The notes under the pieces were generated by a model that saw nothing but the letters and a program-made list of their open reading frames with translations, was not told where the DNA came from and made no database searches. Below, piece after piece: positions 1-8,338 of a stretch of DNA of 12,019 bases (the first letter of the stretch is position 1; every line of letters starts with the position of its first letter). Made by a program: the position numbers and the translations under genes. This DNA is from Synechococcus sp. (GTDB taxonomy: Bacteria > Cyanobacteriota > Cyanobacteriia > Thermostichales > PCC-7336), in the NCBI GenBank assembly GCA_051439425.1, contig JBFRWD010000071.1, positions 1-12,019 on the forward strand. Direction: 5' to 3'.

Positions 1-104
1 ATTGTATGCTGACCACAAGAAGCACATTTGCGCTGAAGAATTCCTGTCTGAATAGGCGTAAAAGATGATTGGGTTTGAGTGTTTGTGGGCGATCGCATTT
101 GCAT
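1..104 (-). CDS. 5' end of a second DUF4157 (eCIS core domain)-type protein, running off the left edge; missed by the ORF track
   Basis: Manual translation from ATG at 104 gives MQMRSPTNTQTQSSFTPIQTGILQRKCASCGQHT, matching GILQRKCTSCGQQ at the N-terminus of the 608-aa protein. GGAGG RBS at 113-117 lies 8 nt upstream. The DUF4157 domain itself would be outside the window. Confidence 0.85.
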   Translation of the reverse strand, partial: MQMRSPTNTQTQSSFTPIQTGILQRKCASCGQHT

Positions 105-228
105 CTGCTAGCCCTCCATGTTTATCAACAATATTTACTACTTCATTCATAGCAAACTGAACGGGATATGAGGCAATCTCGCAGCAAAAGTTCATACTCG
201 TCTCGATCAATACTGGTAGAATATCAAA

Positions 229-246
229 TTTAAAACCGGTTTTAAA
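229..246. repeat. 18-bp perfect palindrome TTTAAAACCGGTTTTAAA
   Basis: Seen directly; self reverse-complementary. It lies between the two DUF4157-type genes. Function unknown. Confidence 0.8.
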
Positions 247-285
247 GACTGCAACAATGCCTCCTTCATTTCCATGACTGAGACG

Positions 286-384
286 CGATCACAAAACTTT
301 ATGCATAATGGGCGAAATTTCAGAAGGTTCTGATTGATTAGTGGAGCGACGCTGCAAGAGAGATCGCTTTTTCTGACACTCTTC
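286..384 (-). pseudogene. Degenerate fragment of a DUF4157-protein N-terminal leader
   Basis: Translates as EECQKKRSLLQRRSTNQSEPSEISPIMHKVL*S versus AECQKKKSPLKRRSAIQSEPAEVPPIIHEVLQS in the 608-aa protein (21/33 identical by hand count). It has an in-frame TGA at 289-291 and lacks the first CxxC. Confidence 0.85.
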
Positions 385-401
385 CACATTGAAGATGATT
401 T

Positions 402-2228
402 TTAGAAAGTTATTCCTAATTGGAGTCCCAACTGAAAATATGGATCTTCGCGCAGTTTTGGTGAACCTCCAATAATTGCAGCGCCAACCTCACCGAAAGC
501 ACCAAACTCGAACCACGGTCCGGCGTAACCAAGCTGTAGGCGACCGCTAGTCGTAAGTGCACCACTAGGGTCAACGGCTTTACCAAACGCGCCGCCTAGC
601 CGGAGGTCACCCCGAAGCCCAAACCCGCCAGCAGACCGATTGGTAGAATAGCTGAGACCTACTAGTGCACCGACAAGGAAAGCTTTCCGTTTCGGTGGTT
701 CGAGCTGTCCTAAGTATGCTCCGTATCCACCTACCAGTAAACGCCACCGACGTAAGCGGTTCAGGGGAAAACCCGCTGCCAACTCTAAGCCTTGCCCCAA
801 ACTCCAGACTCCTCCAAATTTCCCTGTAAAGGCGAGGTCTAATCCTATTACGACATCGATTACAACAGGGCGCGGTGCTGCTTTTATGCTGAAGCGACAT
901 TTGGGAAATTTTCGACCGAGCCATGCGGGCATAAATGAGAAATGTCGCGGGTGCAACACTGCGCGCCTACCAAAGGAACTATGAGACGCCATCGCTGACC
1001 AGTCACTCTCATTCACGTGCGAGCGCTCACCTGCTGCCCGCCCTTTCAATTCCGGTACGCTGGCTCGTGCAGCATACTCATCAGGCAAACCGAGAACAAT
1101 ATGACCTGCCTCATGCCACAATGTCCCTCCCGAGACACCACCAAGAAGTGCGGTAAACCAATCATCTCCACCAGCAAATATCTGAGCTTCATTAGATCGG
1201 CCTGTATCACTTCTAAGCTCAACTTCAGCAGCATTAGCCGACTTTCCCTCACGGGCAACCACTGTCACCTTGATCTCCTTCCCACGGCACGGCAGAGTGC
1301 AAGCCTTATCACTGCCTACGCTCAGTGTGATCCAGCCATTGAGACGTTTGTTCGCCACCTGCAGGATCTTCGTTTTAAGATTGTCGAACTTCTTGGAGGT
1401 TAGCCGAACCTTTTTGTCCTTGGGATGAGTAAAGTTAATTGCCATCGTCGAAGTCAAAGTGCACTGAGCCTGATTGAATTCCAGCAAGATAGGCCCAGGT
1501 TGGGCGAATAACGGATCGCCTTTCCTTTGTACCTGCTCGCGGATGATATCCCCCTTTTTGGTAAGAGTTCTTGGTACATCAGTCCCATTCTGCCCTGGCC
1601 AGGGTTTGAATGTCTGTCGCTGCAGAATATTTTTATTTAATCGCTTTATAGAATTCAGAGGCAGTGGCAGATCTCTGGCGATGTATTGTGCCACTGTGTC
1701 TGCCTGTATTTCAGAGGTATCGCTAGGTCGACTGATAGTCAAGAGGTTTCGACGCTGCACTTTTTGTGAACCTTGCTGTACTACGTGAGTCAACTCATGC
1801 GCCAGTAGTCTTTGGCCCTTGGTCGTACCAGGCATATACTGACCCTCTCCAAATATTACATCACGACCTACAGTATACGCCACCGCATTTACTGTAGCTG
1901 CTGATTCAGCTGCTTGTGTGTTGTTATGCACGCGTACCTGGCTGAAATCGTGCCCGAAGCGTGACTCCATAAAGGAACGTGTTTGGTGATCCAAAAGCTG
2001 ACCAGGCGATTGCAATACCTCATGTATGATGGGTGGTACTTCAGCAGGTTCAGACTGAATGGCGGAACGACGCTTCAAGGGCGATTTTTTCTTCTGGCAT
2101 TCAGCACACTCACCACCTGCAATCATCTGCTGCCCGCAAGACGTACATTTGCGTTGCAAGATCCCGCTAGAAAGCGGATGCGTTGTTGGCATCTGTTGCT
2201 GAGTCTGAGTTACACTTTCACGAGTCAC
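402..2228 (-). CDS. DUF4157 (eCIS core domain) protein with zinc metalloprotease domain and C-terminal beta-barrel-like domain; putative eCIS effector
   Basis: N-terminal LQRKCxxC..ECxxC leader. DUF4157 hallmarks MESRFGHDFSQVRVH, AYTVGRDVIFG and LLAHELTHVVQQ (~1773-2010). Second motif HEAGHIVLGLPDEY (1074-1115) followed by WSAMAS. Gly/aromatic amphipathic strands end in LGLQLGITF. GTG start overlaps the upstream TGA (GTGA). Confidence 0.88.
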   Translation of the reverse strand: MTRESVTQTQQQMPTTHPLSSGILQRKCTSCGQQMIAGGECAECQKKKSPLKRRSAIQSEPAEVPPIIHEVLQSPGQLLDHQTRSFMESRFGHDFSQVRVHNNTQAAESAATVNAVAYTVGRDVIFGEGQYMPGTTKGQRLLAHELTHVVQQGSQKVQRRNLLTISRPSDTSEIQADTVAQYIARDLPLPLNSIKRLNKNILQRQTFKPWPGQNGTDVPRTLTKKGDIIREQVQRKGDPLFAQPGPILLEFNQAQCTLTSTMAINFTHPKDKKVRLTSKKFDNLKTKILQVANKRLNGWITLSVGSDKACTLPCRGKEIKVTVVAREGKSANAAEVELRSDTGRSNEAQIFAGGDDWFTALLGGVSGGTLWHEAGHIVLGLPDEYAARASVPELKGRAAGERSHVNESDWSAMASHSSFGRRAVLHPRHFSFMPAWLGRKFPKCRFSIKAAPRPVVIDVVIGLDLAFTGKFGGVWSLGQGLELAAGFPLNRLRRWRLLVGGYGAYLGQLEPPKRKAFLVGALVGLSYSTNRSAGGFGLRGDLRLGGAFGKAVDPSGALTTSGRLQLGYAGPWFEFGAFGEVGAAIIGGSPKLREDPYFQLGLQLGITF

Positions 2229-2482
2229 AATCCAATCCCCCCATATACAGCTTGGGCAATCTGCTGTCCCAACTGGCTAGGATTGTTTTCTGGGGCCAGT
2301 TCAATCCTTCCTCCTGGAACACGAGGCACTGCCCCACCCCCCAGTAATTCCGTAGCTAACCCCCCCTCAGCCAGCAATCGTCCTAGTTCCGCTTCAACTG
2401 CTGCCTTTACGAAGGGACGCTGACTGGGCGAAATATTTACCCCATCCAAAACCAGACGCTCGATATGAATATTGATAGTCAT
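2225..2482 (-). CDS. Small conserved eCIS-locus hypothetical protein (85 aa)
   Basis: ATGA/GTGA overlaps with both neighbours. The pattern INIHIERLVLDG...AVEAELGRLL...LGQQIAQAVYGGI resembles the small gene commonly found after the eCIS ATPase. Confidence 0.8.
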   Translation of the reverse strand: MTINIHIERLVLDGVNISPSQRPFVKAAVEAELGRLLAEGGLATELLGGGAVPRVPGGRIELAPENNPSQLGQQIAQAVYGGIGL

Positions 2483-4587
2483 ATTTTAACTCCTTTTGGC
2501 TCTTGCCAGCGAAAATCCAGCTCATTAATCGGTCGCTCCAGCTTACGAAACTCCGCCCGCGCCGCTGCCATCACCAGAGGCATTGTCACCAATGTATTCT
2601 TTTGGGCAGCTAAAAATGCTGCGTTGAGAGCAATATTATGAATACTGCCCCCCGTCAAGTTAAAGCGCGCCAGACGATTGCGATCCAATCCCTTGAGCAA
2701 TTCCTGGTCGTGCATCTCGGTAGGAAACACCCGCTCCCAAATGGCCTCACGCTCAGCCAGACTGGGGAAAGGAAAGTTAACGATAAAGCGCAAACGGCGC
2801 ACGAAGGCATTATCCAGAGAACTCCTCATATTGGTTGCCAAAATCGCTAGCCCTCGGTAGGCCTCCATTCGCTGCAACAGATAGTTAATTTCAATGTTGG
2901 CATAGCGGTCATGGGAATCTTTCACCTCACTGCGCTTGCCAAACAGGGCATCTGCTTCATCAAAAAACAAGATTGCCCCCCCATCTTCCGCCGCATCGAA
3001 CAGACGACGCAGGTTTTTCTCAGTTTCGCCGATGTATTTGCTCACCACTGCCGAGAGATCAATTCGGTAGAGGTTCAGATCTAAGTCATTGGCAATCACC
3101 TCTGCTGCCATGGTCTTACCCGTACCACTATCCCCAGCAAATAGGGCGCTAATTCCCAACCCTCGGTTCATCCGTCGATGAAATCCCCATTCTTCATACA
3201 CCGTACCGCGCTGCCGCACCTGGTCGGCAATCTGATGTAGCAGGTTTTTCTCCTCTTCAGGTAGGACAATATCTTCCCAGGTGGCCTTGGGATCGAGGCG
3301 CTGAGCTAGCACGTCCAACTGGGGACGGGTGCTGCCTAAGCAAGCAGCCCAGAGCTTTTCATGTACGGGATCTCCGTTACTTGGTATTTCCGCCAGCACC
3401 GTTTGAGCAATCTGCTGAATTGTTAAGGCATTAAGGTTAAACTGTCCCGCCAGCAGAGCCGGGCTATTAGCTGCCACATCACCTAGTTCCTCTGCCCAGA
3501 TTTCTTCTTGTTCAACAGCAGTCGGTTTATCAATATCTGCTAAAATCGTAGGTCTTCCCAAGCTGTGATGAATCTCTCGGGTACTCAGGAACAACAGGCC
3601 TTGGCAGCGAGACAAAAAACGATACAGGGGTGGTGCCTGTCCCCCTGCCGGTTTAGGACCATCCGTATCCTGGGCATCTAGGTAGAGGGTGAAGGGCAAC
3701 AGCAAGCTCTCCCGTTGCCACAAACGAGCAAAGGTTTCCAACTCACTAGCTTGGACTGGCAATAACTCTACTGGCAAACGGCAGAGATCCAATTTTAGCT
3801 CCGCTGCGGCTCGCTGAGCCATCAGTTGCTTGCTCATCGAGTCCGCTCCAATTAGCTGTATTAGTGGAGGGCGCTGCCGCCAGTGAGCCTGCTCCAGTTG
3901 TCCCATGATTGCTTCTAGTTCTTCTTGCTGGGAAGGGGGCAATTCAATCTCCCGCTCGGCGGTCTCCAAGGGTACGAGCAACGGTGCTAGGCGGTCATCT
4001 AAATAGTTCAGCCCCTTGATATAGTTGACAATGCGCTCGTCTGACCGTAAGGGACTGGTGGTGAGGGGTTGAGCACCGGGTTGATTGATTTCGATCAGTC
4101 GCCAGTAGCGCAGGGGCCGTTCTGGAGATAGTACATCCCAGGCGGGTTCGTCAAATAGGGACAGCACCAGGGCAAAGGTGGGATAGGGGCGGTTGAAATT
4201 GTCCTGAGCCCGCGCACAAAGCTCGGCAATGCGCGTATCCAACTCCAGCGCAGCGCACAGCAGTAACACCTGCTGTTCGAAGCGAGACAGCCCAAATCGC
4301 TGACTCAGCAAAATCATTGCCGGTCTAGGCTCCAGCTTCTCCGCTTCCAGCATCTCCTCATAGGCTTGTCTCACCTTAGCATCACTTACCTTTTCAACAG
4401 GGGTGGAAGCTGACGCTAACCGATGCCTCCTAAAAGGTTTACACAGGCGGCTCAACCAAGAACCCGACGAGGTTGCCGTAGTTGTGCGATGAGAACGGGC
4501 CTGTTGGAGCAAACGCAAGCGCAGCCAGGTCAGGGCCTTAGCCAGATATACTTCGTTATTCTGCTGCCATTGCTCCAGCTCGTTCAT
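2479..4587 (-). CDS. eCIS AAA+ ATPase (Afp15/Pvc15-like)
   Basis: Walker A GDSGTGKT, Walker B ILFFDEAD, VVSKYIGETEKNL and DRYANIEINYLLQRME motifs. Degenerate first AAA module (GADSMSK). N-terminal FGLSRFEQQVLLLCAALELD winged-helix-like region. Adjacent to the DUF4255 gene. Confidence 0.95.
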   Translation of the reverse strand: MNELEQWQQNNEVYLAKALTWLRLRLLQQARSHRTTTATSSGSWLSRLCKPFRRHRLASASTPVEKVSDAKVRQAYEEMLEAEKLEPRPAMILLSQRFGLSRFEQQVLLLCAALELDTRIAELCARAQDNFNRPYPTFALVLSLFDEPAWDVLSPERPLRYWRLIEINQPGAQPLTTSPLRSDERIVNYIKGLNYLDDRLAPLLVPLETAEREIELPPSQQEELEAIMGQLEQAHWRQRPPLIQLIGADSMSKQLMAQRAAAELKLDLCRLPVELLPVQASELETFARLWQRESLLLPFTLYLDAQDTDGPKPAGGQAPPLYRFLSRCQGLLFLSTREIHHSLGRPTILADIDKPTAVEQEEIWAEELGDVAANSPALLAGQFNLNALTIQQIAQTVLAEIPSNGDPVHEKLWAACLGSTRPQLDVLAQRLDPKATWEDIVLPEEEKNLLHQIADQVRQRGTVYEEWGFHRRMNRGLGISALFAGDSGTGKTMAAEVIANDLDLNLYRIDLSAVVSKYIGETEKNLRRLFDAAEDGGAILFFDEADALFGKRSEVKDSHDRYANIEINYLLQRMEAYRGLAILATNMRSSLDNAFVRRLRFIVNFPFPSLAEREAIWERVFPTEMHDQELLKGLDRNRLARFNLTGGSIHNIALNAAFLAAQKNTLVTMPLVMAAARAEFRKLERPINELDFRWQEPKGVKI

Positions 4588-4598
4588 GGAAATTCACC

Positions 4599-5939
4599 TT
4601 AGGGTAATGGATTAATCTTAACTTTTTGGTCATCTGCAAACTGAGGTGGGATGTTCGTGAAGTCTATCGGAATGCTGTCTACCCCATCCACCCGCAATCG
4701 CAGGATATAGGTCTCAGGCTCTGCATCCCTCACGAGAAAATTGAGTTCTGTGGATGAGTCTGCTATTGTCGAAGCCGATTGCACCGAAATTTCGCGATCG
4801 CCAAATAGTAGGATGACCCGCTGCAATAGCTTGACCGGTTCTCCAGGGGAGATTTTTAAAAGCACTGGTGGAGTACAGGTCAAACGCAGGTTGACATCCC
4901 CAGTTGGGGCTTCTGCGATCGTTGCTCCTGGAGGTGGGGTTGGCTGAGTTATTACGAGCTGTGGAGCCAAGCAAAAGGGCAATTCATTTGTTGTCCAGTT
5001 GGGTAAATTAGGTCGTTGAATCACAAGAGACAGAGTGTAGAAACCAGCCGGCCACTGGGCGGGAACCCCAGGAGTATCAGCAGTAGGAAGTTGAACTTGC
5101 ATTTCCGTGGCAGCTCTCTCAGGTAAAGGAGAAATTTCCACTGGTAGGAGAATCGGCAAATCAGAGGGCTCAGCAAAATTGGAACGCTGATAGCGAAAGC
5201 GCACCATTAAATTATCGCTATCTAATCCTTCACCTCGAATTTTTAGGATATCACCTAACTCAGCACTGGGTTTGCGATTGGGTAAATGCACTTCTCGGAG
5301 GAAGGGAGAGGAAGAAGCTACGGTGTTCACCCCCCGATCGTCACTGCCACGGGATAGTATAGGAAGTGCCGCTTTCCCAGGACGAGTACTGTCGATTAAA
5401 ACCACTGCAACTTGGTAAGCTGCGGAGATACGGTACTGGGTCTGAAAGGTAGCCCATAGTTTGGACATCTCTTCCGAAGACATAGGTTGTGGTGTGATGC
5501 GCACGCGCTCCACCTGTTGGTAGAGATTATTGCCCGGCAACGCCGCTTCAATCTCAGCTCTGCCGAGAACTGGGCGATCGTGGAAGATACTCATTGCCTT
5601 ACCTAGTAAGCGATGGGCCAAAATATCCTCGTCACCTTTTCCGTAGGCAGTTATGAGGTAATATAGGTTCAAAGCTAGGGGAGGCTGACCAGTTTCTCCT
5701 GGTTTGACCTGAATTGGCATCTCCATATTACGCCAGGCAGCATTGGGTTCAGTCTGATAAAGAAAGAGGTTGACAAGATTGCTACTGCCTTCGTTGCTTC
5801 CATTTCCGTTACCTGCTTTATCCAGAGGTTTAGTCGTAACAGCAGCATCGGCTAGCTCAGCGGGAAGACCCTTTTGCGTATCATTGAGCAGATTGCGCAG
5901 GGTAGCAGTTACAGCAGCAATGGCTAAGGAGTTGCTCAT
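4599..5939 (-). CDS. Pvc16/Afp16-like cap (tail terminator) protein, DUF4255, with C-terminal extension
   Basis: MSNSLAIAAVTATLRNLL, VNLFLYQ..PNAAWRN, PPLALNLYYLITAY and EEMSKLW..YRISAAYQVAVVLID are typical of DUF4255/Pvc16_N. About 260 additional beta-rich residues follow. Confidence 0.9.
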   Translation of the reverse strand: MSNSLAIAAVTATLRNLLNDTQKGLPAELADAAVTTKPLDKAGNGNGSNEGSSNLVNLFLYQTEPNAAWRNMEMPIQVKPGETGQPPLALNLYYLITAYGKGDEDILAHRLLGKAMSIFHDRPVLGRAEIEAALPGNNLYQQVERVRITPQPMSSEEMSKLWATFQTQYRISAAYQVAVVLIDSTRPGKAALPILSRGSDDRGVNTVASSSPFLREVHLPNRKPSAELGDILKIRGEGLDSDNLMVRFRYQRSNFAEPSDLPILLPVEISPLPERAATEMQVQLPTADTPGVPAQWPAGFYTLSLVIQRPNLPNWTTNELPFCLAPQLVITQPTPPPGATIAEAPTGDVNLRLTCTPPVLLKISPGEPVKLLQRVILLFGDREISVQSASTIADSSTELNFLVRDAEPETYILRLRVDGVDSIPIDFTNIPPQFADDQKVKINPLP

Positions 5940-7024
5940 CTGTTGTCTCCTTGAGCGCGTTGGCGTAAATATTCATCGAGACTCATCACAGGTGATTGGC
6001 AACGAGATTTGGGTTGAGGAGAGACAGGTGGAGGAGTTACCCGAACTTCAATCCGACCAATAGTTACTTCAATGCTAGAAAACGAGCTGTTTTTTGATAC
6101 CGTGTTTCCAGATGCAGTTGTTACTTGTTTGACAGACGAGGTTGTCTGCGGCTGCACTTCAACTTTTGTCTTTGCAGGGCGCGGCATAGGAGTTAATGCT
6201 GGCATGGGATCTGACTCAACCAGGTTTGTAACTATTGGCTCGCTCAAAGGATTAACAAATGGTTGGGGTTGGGAAGTGCTCTTAATTGTAGTCGGTTGAA
6301 TCGAAGTCGGCTTAGGTACAGTTAGTTGAGATTGTATAGCGGAACTTCCCACAATGAGGTCAATCGTTTGTGCCTTCCTGGCAGGAGTAAATGATTGTTG
6401 ACCCGAACTCGACGTTGTTTCTCCTCCCTCTATAGCTTCTGCTTCGAGTGAGGGGGACGATTGTTTTGGTCTCACTTTAGTTGCTTTTGGTGTGTAACCA
6501 TTTAAAATGGGAATACTAGTCTCAGTATGAACAGTCGAGCTATGCTGCTGCCGATCTAGATTGTTCAGCAAATCTTCACTGGCAGGTGGCTGAATTAGCT
6601 CTGATTCTGCTCTAGGCTGACTAGTGGTAACTTGAGAATTTCCTGTCGGAGGTTCTAGGGAAGCAAATGGCTCTGGTAGTTCTAGTTTTTCCTCAGATTT
6701 TTCTTCAGAGGCTTGCCGCTTAGTCACAGATGATATCATCTGCTCCTGCAATTGAGAGGATAGAGGTTGCTCCATAGGCTGATGAGCTAGCACATTTCCT
6801 AACTGTTCAACAGAAAGAGTTGTTGAGATTTGCTCCTCTGAGATCTCTGCTAATTCAATCTGATCGGAAGTAACTGCCCCAGCTTGTTGCTCCCAGCTCA
6901 TCTTTTCAGTTTCACCTGACCCAGCTAATCCTGGCACAGATTCAAAGCGGTAGATCGGGCGGGGTTTAACTGTCTCAGCTAGACCCAGATTTCTAGCTAC
7001 TAGATTACTGAGATAGTTGCTCAT
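5936..7024 (-). CDS. Low-complexity S/T/P/Q/E-rich eCIS protein (candidate tape-measure/lumen protein)
   Basis: ATGA overlaps at both ends. Ordered termini (MSNYLSNLVARNLG; IEVTIGRIEVR...PVMSLDEYLRQR) flank a probably disordered middle. The function is inference. Confidence 0.75.
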   Translation of the reverse strand: MSNYLSNLVARNLGLAETVKPRPIYRFESVPGLAGSGETEKMSWEQQAGAVTSDQIELAEISEEQISTTLSVEQLGNVLAHQPMEQPLSSQLQEQMISSVTKRQASEEKSEEKLELPEPFASLEPPTGNSQVTTSQPRAESELIQPPASEDLLNNLDRQQHSSTVHTETSIPILNGYTPKATKVRPKQSSPSLEAEAIEGGETTSSSGQQSFTPARKAQTIDLIVGSSAIQSQLTVPKPTSIQPTTIKSTSQPQPFVNPLSEPIVTNLVESDPMPALTPMPRPAKTKVEVQPQTTSSVKQVTTASGNTVSKNSSFSSIEVTIGRIEVRVTPPPVSPQPKSRCQSPVMSLDEYLRQRAQGDNR

Positions 7025-7776
7025 TTGCCTATAATCTCCATATACAATTGCCGCCGTCCAGGACTCAATGCCAGAATCTCCGACTCCCGCCAGCCGTAAA
7101 CTGAAGCCAAAGCATGAATCTCCCTAAGAGTTCGCTGTGCCCAAGTGTGAATTTCACTCCAGAAAAACGACACGATATCAAAAGCTGACTGCCATTGATG
7201 GTTGCAGGTTGGACAAAATAAGTTGAGCTGCACGTCAGCTTGCGGATCCTCCAGTGCCATCTGTTCTATGACCTTCTGTTCCACTTCAGGGGGCAGTTGA
7301 TCGGGTTTCTTCACTTTACCTTGATAGACAATCTTGAGGAGACAGCGTTCCAGCAGAAACTGTGAAGTTTCAACTGCCCGATCGAGGTTAGGAATTTTAC
7401 AGTTAGCTGCAGGAAGTGCAGTTAAATCCGCGCTGTTGGGAAGCCGAAAACAAATCTCATAGCCATCAATACTGAGAGAAAACTCTCTGACTGACTCAAT
7501 AGTCGTTGTAGCTTGGATGTCTGAGACTTGAAAGCTGAGCTCTATGCGATCGCCACACTTGGGACAGGTGGCAACGCCCACGAGTTGAGAACCAAAGAGC
7601 CACTCCCGCAACATTAGCAGCAGGGTATCGCGCTGACCAATGCTGAGTTGGGCTAGTGCCTCTAGTGATGTTTCTGGACAAGCCGTACCTAACAACATTA
7701 GGGCTCTCTCAACCGATGACTTAGAAACCCCTTGTTCCCAGAGGTTCAATAATTCGGAAGCTGATATAGGACGCAT
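7021..7776 (-). CDS. Phage baseplate/tail-assembly chaperone-like protein (T4 gp26-like with DUF6760-like C-terminus)
   Basis: Two CPxC motifs (CPKC, CPTC), LSIGQRDTLLL, FRLPNSADL, and C-terminal EIHALASVYGWRESEILALSPGRRQLY. Lies directly after the tube gene. Confidence 0.75.
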   Translation of the reverse strand: MRPISASELLNLWEQGVSKSSVERALMLLGTACPETSLEALAQLSIGQRDTLLLMLREWLFGSQLVGVATCPKCGDRIELSFQVSDIQATTTIESVREFSLSIDGYEICFRLPNSADLTALPAANCKIPNLDRAVETSQFLLERCLLKIVYQGKVKKPDQLPPEVEQKVIEQMALEDPQADVQLNLFCPTCNHQWQSAFDIVSFFWSEIHTWAQRTLREIHALASVYGWRESEILALSPGRRQLYMEIIGK

Positions 7777-7782
7777 AAGTAA

Positions 7783-8316
7783 TTACGCAGGAGGTTCAGT
7801 AAAAGTGGGCTCAGTCGGCTCAGTTACTTCGTAGTCTCGCTCCCAGCCTTCGTTTTGGAGCGTTAACGTCTGAATCGCAACCGCATTGGCACTGGCGTCA
7901 AGTTCTGGAAGAGCCTGATACTCGGAGACCCAGCAGCGATAAACCTTATAGGCGATCGCCAGTTGTCCCGCTTCATTATACATTTCAATGATTATGTCTT
8001 TGCGAAAATCTTTTAGAGAGACCTCCTTGCCTAGCCCAGAACCATAGTTCCAAACCTTATTTGCCCATTGTTCAAACTCCTTGTCGTGGGTGACACCGCG
8101 TTCGAGCATGATCGCTTCGTACTTACTCTGTCCTGGAGACTTCCGAACCGAACTAGGATCTCCACCCTCGCGATGCTCAACAACTTCGGTTGTCCGCTTC
8201 AGAGCACCGACCTTACTGACCCCAGCAACATATTTCCCATCCCATTTCACGCGAAACTTGAAATTTTTATAGGGATCGAACCGCTGAGGGTTAACATTGA
8301 CGCTAAATTGAGCCAT
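7783..8316 (-). CDS. Tail tube protein (T4 gp19-like; Afp1/Pvc1-type)
   Basis: RFDPYKNFKFRVKWDG, EHREGGD, KSPGQSKYEAIMLERGVT, WVSEYQALPELDA motifs. AAGGAG RBS at 8324-8329. Confidence 0.95.
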   Translation of the reverse strand: MAQFSVNVNPQRFDPYKNFKFRVKWDGKYVAGVSKVGALKRTTEVVEHREGGDPSSVRKSPGQSKYEAIMLERGVTHDKEFEQWANKVWNYGSGLGKEVSLKDFRKDIIIEMYNEAGQLAIAYKVYRCWVSEYQALPELDASANAVAIQTLTLQNEGWERDYEVTEPTEPTFTEPPA

Positions 8317-8338
8317 TGACTTACTCCTTCATGATAAT

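Noticed and set aside
207..389. 60-aa ORF as a possible immunity protein
   Set aside because: It is an alternative-frame reading of the degenerate DUF4157 leader, with no clear RBS or recognisable motif.
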